NCBI GenBank assembly: GCA_013239625.1
Contig: MU054187.1
Coordinates: 5,405,757-5,469,756 of the forward strand
Direction: 5' to 3'
Length of the DNA: 64,000 nucleotides
From: Lama guanicoe
Lineage: Eukaryota
Shown here one piece after another: positions 25,700 to 38,363 of the stretch. Under the pieces are notes generated by a model. That model had not been told where the DNA came from. It saw only the letters and a program-made list of their open reading frames with translations, and ran no database searches. The translations under genes and the position numbers were made by a program. Positions within the stretch are counted from its first letter, which is position 1, and the number at the start of each line of letters is the position of its first letter.

Positions 25700-27750
25700 T
25701 TATATTAACATCAAACAAAGTGGAATTGTAGGCCAAAGGCATTTTCCAGAATACAAGAGAGTAATTTTATTGACTAAAGAAGATAAAATCTGTAGTTATT
25801 ACCTCATGTGAATAACATTATATCAAAAATATAAAGCTAAACACTACTAAAAATTTGAGGAGCAACTGAAACACTGTAAAAGTATTTTTCAGCCTTTGAT
25901 AAAGCAAGGGCAAAATTTTAAATCATTTTAGAGAATATGAATAATATAATAAATGAAATTCTATATAAGGGATATATGTGTGTGTATATATGTATATACT
26001 ACATGTTGATGTGTGTATGTGTATAATTTTCCTGTTAGGAAATGTTGGTACTTAAATGAATTAAATAAATTCCAACAAAGGAGAAATTCTCCAAAGCACA
26101 AAAGATACAGACCATATTCTATGAGGAAATTAACTGCATATATAATTAATAACAGAAGGATTACACATTTACTAACCACTTGGAAATAAAGAGTGTCAGT
26201 AGTGAGAAGAGTACATATTAAAACCCCAGGAGAAACATATGTACTAGTGAGAAAATACCATTAAAGCTTTTAAATGTTTGGATAATTAAGCAAGAAAATA
26301 TTGAGTCATCTTCACACATTAGAAAGGAAATCATAAAATAAAAATATTGGAAAAGAAAGCAGTAAATAGTGCTAAAAAGTTAGTGATTTATGACAAATAA
26401 AAGAGAATAACTGATAAATTCTGAAGTATATTCTTTAAAAACAACAAAAACTAAGTAGATAAGGTAAATATATGACAATAATACAAAAAACAGAGACAAC
26501 ACACACAGAAACACAGGAATGAGTCGATAAGAGAGATTTTTAATTATAAGGGAGAAATATGTGAAACTGTTCTAATAAATGAAAAAGTCTTCATAAAATG
26601 AATGATTTCATATTAAAATACATAAAATAAATTCTTCTAAGAAATCAACTAAGATTCAGAAAAACTTAATAAGACATTACTCATATTGCTGCTTCAGAAA
26701 GTAAATCTTGTATGAGGATCATGTTTAAAAGATGCTGAACTGAATTTACCTTGTCAATTCCAACATGTTTTCAGTAAATTATAAATGCTTTCTAATATGT
26801 ATTTATAAACTAAATGTATACTTATATATTCATAATTCCTATTTATGTCTCACTTATAAGAACTTTCAGAAATGTCAAGTGAAGGCCAATTTCATTTCTA
26901 AAAATATGTATAAAAGCTCAAGTAAAAAATTGAATTTTCTATCTTAAAAAAATGAATAAAAAAGTTATGACTAAGTAGGATTTATGATGAATACAAGAAG
27001 ACATTATATTAAGAAATCTAATAATATAATTAATCATTTTAACAGTTTAATGTAGTAAACTAACTTGGTAGAATATTATGATACTTTTTTAATATATTAA
27101 ATAATGTATTTCAAACTGAGTCTGTTATAAAGTTAAATCTAGATGTGTTCCTATTAAAGTCAGAGGGTAACAAGTTTTGGAATGCTCTGTTTGTAAAATA
27201 CATTGAAAACAAAATGTAAAAATAAAACAAAAATAAGATGTGAAAATGAAACAGGAAAACATATAAATAAGGAATAAAAACATGAAAAACCATAAAATTG
27301 GAGGAAAAATATATGTGGTAGAGGATTTTCCAAGCAAACAAGAATAGTCAGGCTCAATGAGGGAAAAAAAAAGAGAAAAATAGCCAATTATTGAAAAATG
27401 GGCAAATGCTATGAATAGGCAATTCACAAAAGCAATGCAAATTTCAGTAGACATATTTAAAGGGGGTCAACCCAGCTAGCAATCAAAAACAAACAAAATC
27501 CATAAGTATATTTATTTATTTATCAAATAGAAGATGTTTAAAAGCATAGGAAACCTGATGTGGTCAAGATGATTAAGAAAATAATGTTCGTATCTACTGA
27601 TGATGGGAACAAAAACAGGGAAATTCTTTGGGAGAAAAAATTTCAATAGACTTAAAGTTTCAAAGATTTAAAATATGGTTTGAATTCAGAAGTTCTCCTG
27701 TAGACCATGAATTTAATTTCTAAGCATTATTCCAAGAGAAAACTCATAGA
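25700..27750 (+). mobile_element. Highly degraded L1 ORF2/3' remnant
   Basis: Very A-rich on +; GAAAAATGGGCAAATGCTATGAATAGGCAATTCACAAAAG at about 27392; explains the Phe/Leu-rich minus-strand ORFs. Confidence 0.6.
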
Positions 27751-28084
27751 TGTTAGCAAATATTAAGAATGACTTTCTTAATCGCTTAAGTAACTGCTTA
27801 AGATGGAGGGAGAGTTCCCATCCAATGTCCAAGGCAGGAGGCAGGTCTGTGGGCCATGATGTCTAACCCCCAGCCTTTTCTAACTACACCACACTGCTTC
27901 CACTGAGGACCTGCCTAAACCGATGTTTCATTCCATCATCAGATGGGAGCGATGCTGCCTACCTCTGCCCTCCTCCCGCACCCTCAGTTGACAGGACTTC
28001 TTGAGATAAGGAAGTCATTGAGTCCTGCTGAATTTCTGGTGGTTGGCATTTCTGTGGAATAGAGTATCATCCTTCAACGATGGC

Positions 28085-28262
28085 AGCTACTGTTTATTGA
28101 GTGATTACTGTGTACTCGACATTGTTCTCATGTGCCTCTAATGTTTTATCTTACTAATAGGTGAACAACCATAGAAGGTACGGGTTTCAATTATCTTTGT
28201 TTTAAAGATGGGAAAACTAAGACGTAGATAAGTGAGTAACTGGCCCAAGATCACCCAGAGGC
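28085..28262 (-). mobile_element. MIR SINE
   Basis: TTTATTGAGTGATTACTGTGT...AAGATGGGAAAACTAAG...AGTAACTGGCCCAAGATCACCCAG. Confidence 0.75.
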
Positions 28263-29189
28263 TATAGAATGTGTCACTTCATTGTAGCTCCTCAGTGCTG
28301 TCACTATCTGTGCACGTGGAGTTTATCAGGACATGATGTTTTTCCTAAGTCAGTGCCTCCCCACCCCCCATGATGGTCTAGATTGAATCTAGAGCCCGCA
28401 GGTAATCTCGTCAGAAGCACATGTATCCACTTCTGTAGGGAATCTAAACACACGCTCTGAGAGTAGGAGACAATAAAAAGGAAGTAGCAATCTATGAAGA
28501 CCGACTTGGGGAAGCAAATTTGAGCAGCAGAGGGAGAAATCAGAGGGCAGGGGTGTGAAGGAAGCAAGAGAAGGTCTTCCTCTGGATTGCCCGTAGGTTC
28601 CCCCAACTCTAGATGAAGTGTTAAAAATAATTCCACTACTCCAAGGCTTCCAAGTGGGAAGGTAAAAAAAAAAATATGTGAAGTTTTTTGCTCTCACCTT
28701 CCTCATCTCCGTAAATGTTCTCCATACTTGTAATTACCAGGGAGAATGCATCGTGTCAGAGCTCTTGGGCAGAAGGGGATTTAGACTGACCTTCGAGAAT
28801 TAAGCTTTAAATCACCGTAGCATGGGTAGGAATGGAGATACACAAAGTCTCCATAAAGAAACTGACTGCACAGCTGGCAAGACTTTGCAGATGTGTTTCC
28901 TAAAGTGTGTTTCTTGGCGTGTGAGTCCTATAAAAAGTCCTTCAGAGGAAAATCAAAGCCTCCCGTGTCCACACGGTGGGGACTCTCAGGGCACGTTAGA
29001 ATCGACTGCAGGTTCCGAGCAGTTCTGCAGGACTAGCACGTTTGATTCAGCGTTTGCATTTATTTGCTGATGTTTCTGCTTTTAGGACCTGGGAAGCCTT
29101 GGTAACTTATGCTTACAGAAAAAGGAGATTGCAGAGGCTGGGTTGTTGTTATTTCTCTCAGGTAAGTCAGCTCTTCCCTGGACGTCACA

Positions 29190-29345
29190 ATGTAGGAGAA
29201 CGGACGTGGGTTCTGGAGTCAGCGGAGACAGCATCCCATTCCTGGTGCTGTCATTTACCAGCTCTGTGGCTCCACGTTCTTTCACCTTGGTGAGTTTCCT
29301 CTTACTAACCTGAAGATTGGCGTAATAATACCATTTGTGGCTTTG
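29190..29345 (+). mobile_element. MIR SINE
   Basis: CTGGAGTCAG...CATTTACCAGCTCTGTG...AGTTTCCTC...TAATAATACC. Confidence 0.55.
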
Positions 29346-31181
29346 TAAATCCCCCTACTTGTACTGAAGTCACTAGCGTCCTGTGAGTCAGGTCCGAGCC
29401 ATTCTGCTGATTTCATGGTATCTCGTAGGCTATTTTTGGAATCTACCAGGTGATGTGTCTGTTCGTGTTGAGCCCCAATCTGGGTGCGTCTGTGTGAGGA
29501 TGGGGAGTGGTGGTGTCAATGCCAGGTTTCTGTGACCCCTTTCCTTTCATGCCAGTGTTTCTCCAAACCTGTATTTTTGTCACGTGCATGTTACTAACTA
29601 CACACAGAGGCAGATTGAGATTTCCCCTTTGTAAAGCAAGCCAAGAATATGGGCAGGCAGTTGGGGGGCTATACTGGGCAACTTTATTTATCTTCTCCTT
29701 GTGATTTTAATTTTGATCTGTGCATAAATGCCAGATTTAATTTGTAGATCCAGCTGTTCCCTGTTTCTTCTTTTACTGCTACTTTCATGAAGCTTAAAAA
29801 AGAAAATTCTTTAGGCACATAAAGCCCCGAGCTTGATTTTATACTTTATTTGGTTGAATATGGTACAAGATGGTAGATGAGGTAAATGAACAAACACAAA
29901 CACTGGGAACACTAGCGCAAGATCACATAACTCTTAATGCAGCTTTTCATCTCCACTTCCATTACTGTAATGGAAATTCCTTTAGAAATGTTAGTTTAGT
30001 TTATTTAGATTATGTCATTTAAGAGTCTGAAGATAGTTCTAGTTTCATTTCAACTTAGAGCACTGTTTATAAAACTTCTTTGGGCCTTAAAGAAACAGCT
30101 GATGCATTTCCAGAACAGCCAAGCTGGAATTAAAGGCAGACCAAATTCCTCACACCGTTTAAATAGATGATTGTCTCAGTGGGCAGACTGACTTGTGAGA
30201 CGAGGACGGCTAAGCTGATGCTTTTCAAAAAAAATAAAATAAAACTCTGATAGTCAAAAATAGTCGTTTTTTTTTTTAAATCACAGAGTGTGTCTAAAGC
30301 AAATAATTGATTTAACCCCCTTAAACCCTTTTTGGAACAATATTTAAACAAATGGTCTTAGCCGTACCCTGGTAGGAAGCACATTTCTTTTTGAGAGCAA
30401 GTGAGTCTTTCGTAAAGAACAGGAACTTTTTAAGGTCCCGAGGATACTATTTAGCAAATTATTGTAGCAGTTTCCTTAATGATACCCGAGGGCCCAGAAA
30501 GATTTAATGAGCCTTCGAAAGTGCCAAAGTTACTTTTAGGGAGTAACATAACTGGAGGAATTTAGCTAATAACCACACTGGAAAATTCCTTTGGATGGCT
30601 TAGTAGACCAAGGACAAATTAAAAAAGGATGAATTCTAAATAGAAAAACAAAACAAAAAAAACAACTTCTCCATTAGATAAGCTTTATTTTATCCTATAA
30701 ATAGCATTGCTAACACTATTATACTCCAGATACAATATAATTCATGTAGCATATGCCTTTGAACCACTTCTTGTTTGCCTACATTTATTCTATTGTGTTA
30801 AGATCAACAAGAACGTAAGTACATTCCTTCAGAGTTTGAGAGATGCTTTTGGATCTAATATGTTAGATTCCATTAAGAGTGTTTAAGTCAGAATAAGGTA
30901 GCTGGGGTCACGTCATTCACACACCACTGTGGTTTGGTTTTGACATGTCTCTACTGCCAAAGGTTAATCTGAATTACAAGTAGTGTCTCTTACGATTACA
31001 AATACATTGGGAAAGAGACGGGACTTTCTCTCTTTATTTCCACATTTCAAAACAGAATTTAAGTAACTTGGAATAATTCTCAGTGCTGAAGGCAAAAAAA
31101 AAAAACAGGCAAGTGTTCTACATTGAGGGTCAGTATTGAAATCTTTTACCCATTTAGAATTACACTGAAGTCACTGGCATT

Positions 31182-31269
31182 TTATATTATANNNNNNNNN
31201 NNATATATATATATATACTATATATATATATATACATATATATATATGTATATATATATGTATGTATGT
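31182..31269. repeat. (TA)n microsatellite spanning an assembly gap (N at 31192-31202)
   Basis: Direct reading of the sequence. Confidence 0.95.
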
Positions 31270-31638
31270 CTTAAGGTCATTCTGATTAAATCGTAGGAGT
31301 AGGTGTTTAAGCTCTTTTAGCCTCTTTAGAAAAGGGTGACATCAAGCATGTTGAAAGAAACCCTGACTTGGTATTTTCGACAGTCTTAGTTTCTTCAGGA
31401 TTACTACCTCATCTTGGGGACTTTAATGTACTTTTCAGAAAGGTGCTTGTTAATGGAAGGTTTCCTTTTCGGACAAGGTAATCTTGGAATCACATATTAG
31501 AGGCAGCTACGTTTCCTCAGTGATTACCCTGCCATGCTCCAGGCCAGTCTTCCCAGACATTTCAACTTCCTTCAGCAAACAAAAATCTGATGGTAAGGAA
31601 GTGATAACCGTATTTATTATTCACATTGCTTTTCTTTT

Positions 31639-31798
31639 CTTTTTTTTTAACTTATAAAAAATTTTTCAGGGGGAGGTGATTAGCTTTATTTATTGATTTA
31701 TTTGTTTTTCAGTGCAGGTACTGGGGATTGAACCCAGGACATCATGTGCGTGCTAAGCACGGGCTCTACCACTGTGCTAGACGCTCCCCCCCAACCTC
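31639..31798 (-). mobile_element. tRNA-derived SINE (Vic-1-like, camelid) with perfect 15-bp TSD
   Basis: GGGGATTGAACCCAGGAC (reverse B box) and CTCTACCACTGTGCTA (reverse A box); TSD CATTGCTTTTCTTTT at 31624-38 and 31799-813. Confidence 0.85.
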
Positions 31799-32149
31799 CA
31801 TTGCTTTTCTTTTGACTCCAATTCCTCTTGCTTTTCCTTGGGAGCATTTAAATCCCAGAAGTCAGAGACTGGACGCGGTCCCGAGGGAGCAAGGCACCGG
31901 GTGAACCTACGGAACTAACTGCCCGCTCACTATCTTTGTGCGAACCCAGTCTGAGCTCTTGGTGTCTCTCGATCAGACACAGCCCAGGGCATGAAGATTT
32001 TGTGTGATGTCAATCAAAGCCTGTGACAGAGAAGGACTGGACCAACAGACTCGGGCTTCTGTTGGGACGGTTTTGAATGCCAGCCTCCAGAGATAAAAGC
32101 AAGCATCCAAAATCTGCTTTGTCTTTCCCTCAAAAAGTGAATTTAAAAC

Positions 32150-32285
32150 AATTCTCCAAGTGGATCCCAAGTTTTATTGCACATTAGAATCACCCGGGGA
32201 CTGTGGCATGGGGTGCCTAGATTGCATCCCAAAGCAATTAAGCCAGATTCTGTGGAAGTGGAAGCTAAACATTAGTATTTTCTAA
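32150..32285 (-). mobile_element. MER5-like hAT MITE fragment
   Basis: TGCACATTAGAATCACCCGGGG motif. Confidence 0.55.
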
Positions 32286-32289
32286 GAGA

Positions 32290-32900
32290 ACTTTATCCTT
32301 CATCCTAAACTGAAACTCAGAACCTATGAAATAGTAACTCCCCAGTATCCTTCTCTCCCCAGTCCTGGTGCCACCACTCTACCTTCTGTCTCTACGAATT
32401 TGACTATTCTAGGGACTTCACATAAGTGAAATCATACAATATCTGTCTCTTCATGTGTTTTTTTTTCTTTCACTTTGCATAATGTCCTCCAGGTTGTCCA
32501 CATTATAGTGTATCAGAAGTTTGGTTTTTTCCAACCCTGAATAATACTCTACATTCTGTTTATTCATTCATCCATCAGTGGGCATTTGGGTTGTCTCCAC
32601 CTTTGGCCAGCGTGAATAACGCTGCTCTGAACATGATGTACATATCTATTTGAGTTCTTGTTTTCAGCTCTTTCAGGTATAAAACTAGATGTGGAATTGC
32701 TGGATCGTATCTTAACTCTGTGTTTAATTTTAGAGGATCTGCCATACTGTTTTTCAATCGCAGCTGCACCAGATTACTTCTTCACATTCCGCCAGCAATG
32801 CACAAAGATTCCGCTTTTGCCATATCCTCAATATTTGTTATTTTTATTATTATATTTTTTAATAATAGCCATTCTAATGGACAGAGAGTGATATAATTGC
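32290..32900 (-). mobile_element. L1MB-like 3' region
   Basis: CCACCACTCTACCTTCTGTCTCTACGAATTTGACTATTCTAG...GGAATTGCTGGATC...TAGCCATTCTAATGG. Confidence 0.85.
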
Positions 32901-32994
32901 TTTTTGACATTCTGTATATTTATTCTTTCCTTTCTTTCCAAGCCATCACCACTTTGGGTTTTAATTCTTCTTCCCTTACACAGTTTAGAACTTT

Positions 32995-33150
32995 GTTAGT
33001 CCAAGTGTGGTCTGTGGAACTTCAGAATAAACGTCATCTGGGAGCTTGTTAAAAATGAAGACTTGAAGTCACTATTTCAGGGCTACTGAATCAGCACCTG
33101 CATTTTAATGAGATCTCCGGGTGATTCATACACAACAGTGTAAGAAGGAC
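32995..33150 (+). mobile_element. MER5A-like hAT MITE
   Basis: AAGTGTGGTC...CATCTGGGAGCTTGTTAAAAATG...CTACTGAATCAG...TGCATTTTAA...GGTGATTC. Confidence 0.75.
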
Positions 33151-33319
33151 GTAACATATCACTTCAGGCGGTCCTGACCTCATCTTCAAGACCTTTTCAA
33201 CTTTGTGTCTCTACTGCACTCACAACACAACCTTGGAACCTTCAGTCAGTTCAAACGTCTTGCACTGCTGAACATTTTCATACAAAATCACACAACCTAG
33301 AGGACTGTTGCTGCGACAA

Positions 33320-34055
33320 AGTCATGATTTCAACCACACGTGCACCCTTACCCCCTCCTTGTTGAAGTTCCACGCTGCATTAGCGGAAGAAGCAATTCTG
33401 ACCTGCAAAGCTCTCCTCTTTTATCTTTCTCAGCTTACCTCACTCTTTTCTCAGAGGAAGAGCTTGCATTCTTTTTCATTGGGAAAACAGGAGCTTTTAG
33501 GTTCAAAGCCTCTCAATTTAATTGCCTCCTCATTTGCAACCTTATCACCTACCTTCTCCTCTTTGGTGAGAAGGAAGCATTCTTGTTCTTTCCAGAGTTT
33601 CACTTCCCCATCTCTGGCCCGAGTCTCAACTATTCCCATCTCTCCTTCAACCACATCTTCCATCACCACTTGTCCCTCAAAGGCTTCCCCTTAAACCCCA
33701 TCCAGGTATAATCCTGATTACTGCTTCCACTTGCAAGGCTCATGGTTCTGGAAAAACCTTCAAATAACCCATAAACAAATGATTTTGTCCTTCTGAAATT
33801 CAGCCACCCTCACCTCCAGTTATCTGAGTTAACACCTATGTTCTCTCTTCTCAAGTCAATTTAGGGCTTCCTCTTCCAGCTCCCATAATAGCAGCACATG
33901 ACTTTTTTACACCATTTATCAAGCCACATTGTCATTGTTCCCAAACTTGTCTCCAAAATCTAGACAGCGAACAAACTAAAACAAGTATTCCTGGCAGCTA
34001 ACCCCACTTCTGGCATATGGTAGATGCTCTATGATGTTTGCGGAATGGTTGAATC
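33320..34055 (+). mobile_element. L2 LINE remnants
   Basis: Pyrimidine-rich body and L2 3' end CTGGCATATGGTAGATGCTC...TGTTTGCGGAATGGTTGAAT. Confidence 0.5.
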
Positions 34056-34420
34056 AAGGAAGTCCAAATTCTGCAGTGCTCTGACGGTCTGGCCGCTGGC
34101 CCAGCCCTGGTAGCAGCCATTTCCCGTCTTGACCTGCCTCATCCCGCACCTTCTTCTTGCACCTCACAACGAGCGACATTCCTATGCAGCCGGAGGCTGT
34201 GTTTTCTGTGGCAGAGAATGGCTGTGTAAGCCTTAACTTCCTGAAACCACAGCTTTCCTTCATGTATATTAACTTCAAGCTTATTTTCCATTAAATGAAG
34301 AAGAGGAGTCTAATTCACTTGTAATTTTCATTAGTATGTCAAATATTGGAGGATTTATAGCTACCATGTAAAGTTTGTTCTCTAACCCGAATCTGAAGCA
34401 ACTTCTTCAGCATTTCAAAG

Positions 34421-34600
34421 ACCAGTGTTTCTCAGATCTGGATACACAATGAGATTACCTGGGGATGTTGTTAAAACACAAATTCTGATTTATATTCTGT
34501 GTCTGTAGGACTGGGTTGGGTATAAGGTTTGGCTTTCCTAACTCACTTTTAAGTGGTACCAATCTGCTGGGCTGGGGACCACCCTTCGATGCACAAAGTC
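34421..34600 (-). mobile_element. MER5A-like hAT MITE
   Basis: CAGTGTTTCTCA...ATTACCTGGGGATGTTGTTAAAACACAAATT...GGGGACCACCCTT. Confidence 0.6.
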
Positions 34601-35070
34601 CAAGACCATCACATCATGTTATAAAATCTCCAGTTTTTACTCTGTGAGTTACATCATTTCATGATTAAACATAGGAAGTTATATCATGTATCAGTGATGA
34701 CTGTTTAAAATTAAAGAGCAATGATCAAGTTGAGAGTTACTTCTCTTCCTGATAAATTAATACTTACCGTGAGTTGGAAGATACGGGGAAAAGAACACCA
34801 AAGATAATTTATTTTGTTTGTTTGTTTTAATACTAAAAGCAATTTCAGAGTATGAAAGCTGAGTTCAGAGTGATTGATGACTTCAGACTTGAAGCAGTAA
34901 AATACAAGTACAGGAACAGGGGAGCCATGTTCTGGGACATGGAACAAGGTCTTACTTTGTGTTTGGCAGCCTGAGCGACAACATGACTGAGGAGATGCTC
35001 ATCTCACTGGCCGTGATGCCTGGGCGCCTGTGGGAAGCAGCCTGGACGCGGGCAGGAGGAAGCCCGGCGG

Positions 35071-35110
35071 CAGGCACCAGCAGGCACCAGCAGGCACCAG
35101 CAGGCACCAG
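35071..35110. repeat. Perfect 10-bp tandem repeat (CAGGCACCAG)x4
   Basis: Direct reading of the sequence. Confidence 0.95.
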
Positions 35111-35344
35111 CTCATCTCCGGTGTGCTGTCTAGAATTGCTACGTTGGGCCACACGGAAGACGCCCTAGGTTTTCAACAATGCGGTGGCCTTTCAGTTGAA
35201 CACGGGTGACCAGGGATGGCTCTGGAAGTGTGGCCCTGATTTGAAGCAGTAGTACAGTTCCAATCCAACACCTGGGGGCACAAGCATATTTAGTCAGCTG
35301 GGCAGTGGAGGATGCTAAGTGCGGCGGTCAGGATGACCCTAAGC

Positions 35345-35520
35345 CAGCAGTCCTCAGCCCTGACTGCACAGAACAATCACCCAGGCTACCATTTAAAGTA
35401 CCTCATTTCCAGGATTCCCCTCACGGGTTCTGATGTACCTGGACCGTGGTAAGTCTCAGGCAGCAGGAGTTTTAAGTTTCCCAGGTAGTTTTAATATGCA
35501 GCATAGATGGGAACCACAAC
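35345..35520 (-). mobile_element. MER5-like hAT MITE
   Basis: CAGCAGTCCTCAGCCCTGACTGCAC...TTCCCAGGTAGTTTTAATATGCAGC...GGGAACCAC. Confidence 0.6.
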
Positions 35521-35544
35521 TTTAGATTCACTCCTTTCTCCAGG

Positions 35545-35730
35545 ACCGTCGCTGTCCTGCCTCAGTGGGCGTCAGAGTCACCGAGAGGGCTTGTTAGAAC
35601 CCAGACTGCTCTGGTCTCACCCTGAGTTTCCGATGCTGCAGGTCTGCGGTGGGGCTGAACCTTGCATGTCTAACAAGCTCCCCGGTGGTGCTGATCGTGC
35701 TGATCTGGGGCCTCCACTTTGAAGACCTCA
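35545..35730 (-). mobile_element. MER5A-like hAT MITE
   Basis: TCAGAGTCACC...GGGCTTGTTAGAA...TGCATGTCTAACAAGCTCCCCGGTGGTGCTGAT...CACTTTGAAGACC. Confidence 0.75.
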
Positions 35731-38249
35731 CACAAAGCCTAGTTTTTGAATCTTAGCCTCAGCATGGATCTCCACCTCAGCCTTATTCCTCAATCTTACT
35801 GAGTCCAGATCCAGTTCTGGAATCCAGCTCTTGGCTCGGTTGCCATGACTCAGCCCACGTCCTGTGTGCTAGCTGAGATGCCTGGCTTTCTACTGTTTCT
35901 CATTGTTTCCTAACTTGGAAGTCCAAAAATGGCACCTTCTAATTCAGAATCAGAAACCTTGGGCATCCCAAAGATGGGAAGCAATAGGGTAAAATTAAAT
36001 TTGTCCTTTAGAAATGATAATTGATTATAAAGTTGAGGAGGGGCTGGAGAAAAGCTAGTGGGGGTGGTGAGGGGAAGATGGGAGGAGACATGGGCCAGGC
36101 AAGAGCAGTGGCTTTGGGATGGAAGGAAGGAAATAATTCATAAAATGTATTAAGGAAATTGCTTGATGCAATTTGTTGACTGATGATTGGATGCTAAATT
36201 GAAGGAGAGTAAAGACTCAAGGATGGTTCATCATAATCCATGATTGATCAGTAAGAAAACTCATAACAAAATGTATCATCACTGGTTGTGACTCGATATA
36301 ATATAAAAAGTATAGAAATTGTCACTAAATAGTCTGATGTTAAAGTGACAGGTGTTCATTACATCTTTTACAGAAGGAGTCAAGGTGATTGTATGATGTG
36401 TTTACATTTGGCCCTGTTCCACTTTTATCATTTTATAAAGGAACAACTTAAAACACAGATGGGTATCTAAGATCCCCTAGTATCTTTCACCAGGAGCTTT
36501 TATCATGTCACAGTAAGTTGGATTTCTTGGGGGAAGTGGGTTAATTCTTCCATGACATGAAGGAGCTTCTATGTAGCTGAGATTACAAACCTATCAGACC
36601 TCACAGAAGAAAAGCTCAGACTTTCAACAGTGAACCCCAGAAGACTGTGAGCATTTTTCAGGACACTGTGATTTCTCATTTTTAACACTCCCTTCTAGCA
36701 AGATTTCACATTGTCTCATTCTACTTCTTGGAAATGAACCTAATAAAATGGGAAATATCCTTCGTGAGCCAAAGAAAACATCTGAACTTGAATTTTATGT
36801 CTTTGATTTTTTTTTCTTTGTTTTAATTGCTGACCGACTTCTTTGTCTTTAAACATGAGATTGGCGTTAAATTAATAGAGTGATCTCATCAAGTCCCCTG
36901 GTTTACAGCTCAGCAAGTGCTATGAAATGAATACTCAGTATTGGGGCTACATTCTCACATGGCACTAACCATTGCTATTTCCTTTGCATTTTCTGGCTAG
37001 AAAAAGAATCCAGAACCAATAGCAACCAAAGATGAGGTGTCAAGGAAGAGAGGAGCTATGCAGTAAACTATGTAAGGTTTTATGGAGCTGCCTGGAAGTC
37101 AGAGTTGTTTGTATCATTCAGGAGAAGTCATCTGATCTGGTGTTCCCAAAATTCCTTAAAATATTCATCTAGAAAACAGAAGATGTACTCTGGCATCTTG
37201 AAACACTTTCTGTCTTGTAAGACTATATCTCCTCCAAACTGTGATCCAGGATAAAGCTTCATGAGAGCAAAAGGAATAACAGTTGGTGGAAATATAACAA
37301 GATAAAACGTACAAGACAGAAATATCCACTGTAAAATCCCAGACGTACCGAAGTGATTTGGAACTTCAGCCGTCATTGTTACATCTTGAACTTTTAATTT
37401 TTCAGATTTCCTCAGGATTACAAATTACAAAATGTTGTAAAAACATTTTTTAATATTAGCAAAATTCATATTTTAATAACATGCTAAGTGGGAGGATATT
37501 GAAAGGGGAAAGGAAGATTTCTGAATAGCCACTCCCATTTTTTCCTCTGAATTAGTTGAAACTATTTTTAAGAGAAGTCCATAAAACTTGGAAATTCAGC
37601 TATCAGTATAAAAGATCTGTATGGCTTTCGAGCCAAAGTTTCTCTGATTTAAAAAGTTTTATGTGTGGTGCTATCAGAAATAGTCATGATAAACAACACA
37701 TTCCATTTACAGAGCAATCTCACTGTGAGAATTGTAAACTTTTACAGGAAAATCTATTATATGAAAAATAAGCTTCAAGCGATTTTACATGGGGAAGGTT
37801 AAACATTTGCTCAGCTTTTCTCTGCACAGAGAACACGCGAAAGAAAATGGAGAACAAGCTAAAATCATAGCAAGTGAAGAGGTAGTCACATAAGTTTTAC
37901 TTGCAATAAAATCATCATGACCAGAAAGACTATACAAGTAAAGCTTGCATCATAGCAAGACTGCCACCTTTTACCCTGCGGTTCCAAAAGGGCAAAATTT
38001 TGCTTTGGGGCTGAATGTTGCAATCTCCAAACATTGCTTGAAAGTCTTGGTAGAACTTCTGTGGTTGAAAATGACTGGAAAATGAGTTAATGCAACTCCA
38101 ATCATTCCATCTTGCCTTTTAGAATAATTTAGTTGATAATTCTCTGCAGCAACCAGGTTTGAAGGAAACTTTATATGTCAGAGTTGAAATTATAGACTTG
38201 CTGAAGTACAGAATTTTACTGGAATCTTTCCAAGTGAGTGTGTGATATA

Positions 38250-38363
38250 CAGTCCGCCCTCCCTACCTGCGGATGCGAAACATGCAATACTTGAGTATTC
38301 ACCAATTTTGGCTTCTAACGGAGTTCCCAGAACCAATTCTCCTCAAATCCTGAAGGATGACTG
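38250..38363 (-). mobile_element. Internally deleted MER2-like (Tigger family) MITE
   Basis: Terminal inverted repeats CAGTCCGCCCTC / GAAGGATGACTG, left TA; CCAGAACCAATTCTCC matches the MER2 end. Confidence 0.7.

Noticed and set aside
27111..27454. Hydrophobic Phe/Leu-rich ORFs resembling membrane proteins
   Set aside because: Antisense reading of an A-rich degraded L1
34768..34888. Minus-strand exon ending at strong donor ACG|gtaagt
   Set aside because: The acceptor is AAG, the body contains (AAAC)n low complexity, and the peptide is unrecognised
35071..35110. Direct-repeat array as CRISPR-like
   Set aside because: No spacers, 10-bp unit and a eukaryotic context; it is a simple tandem repeat
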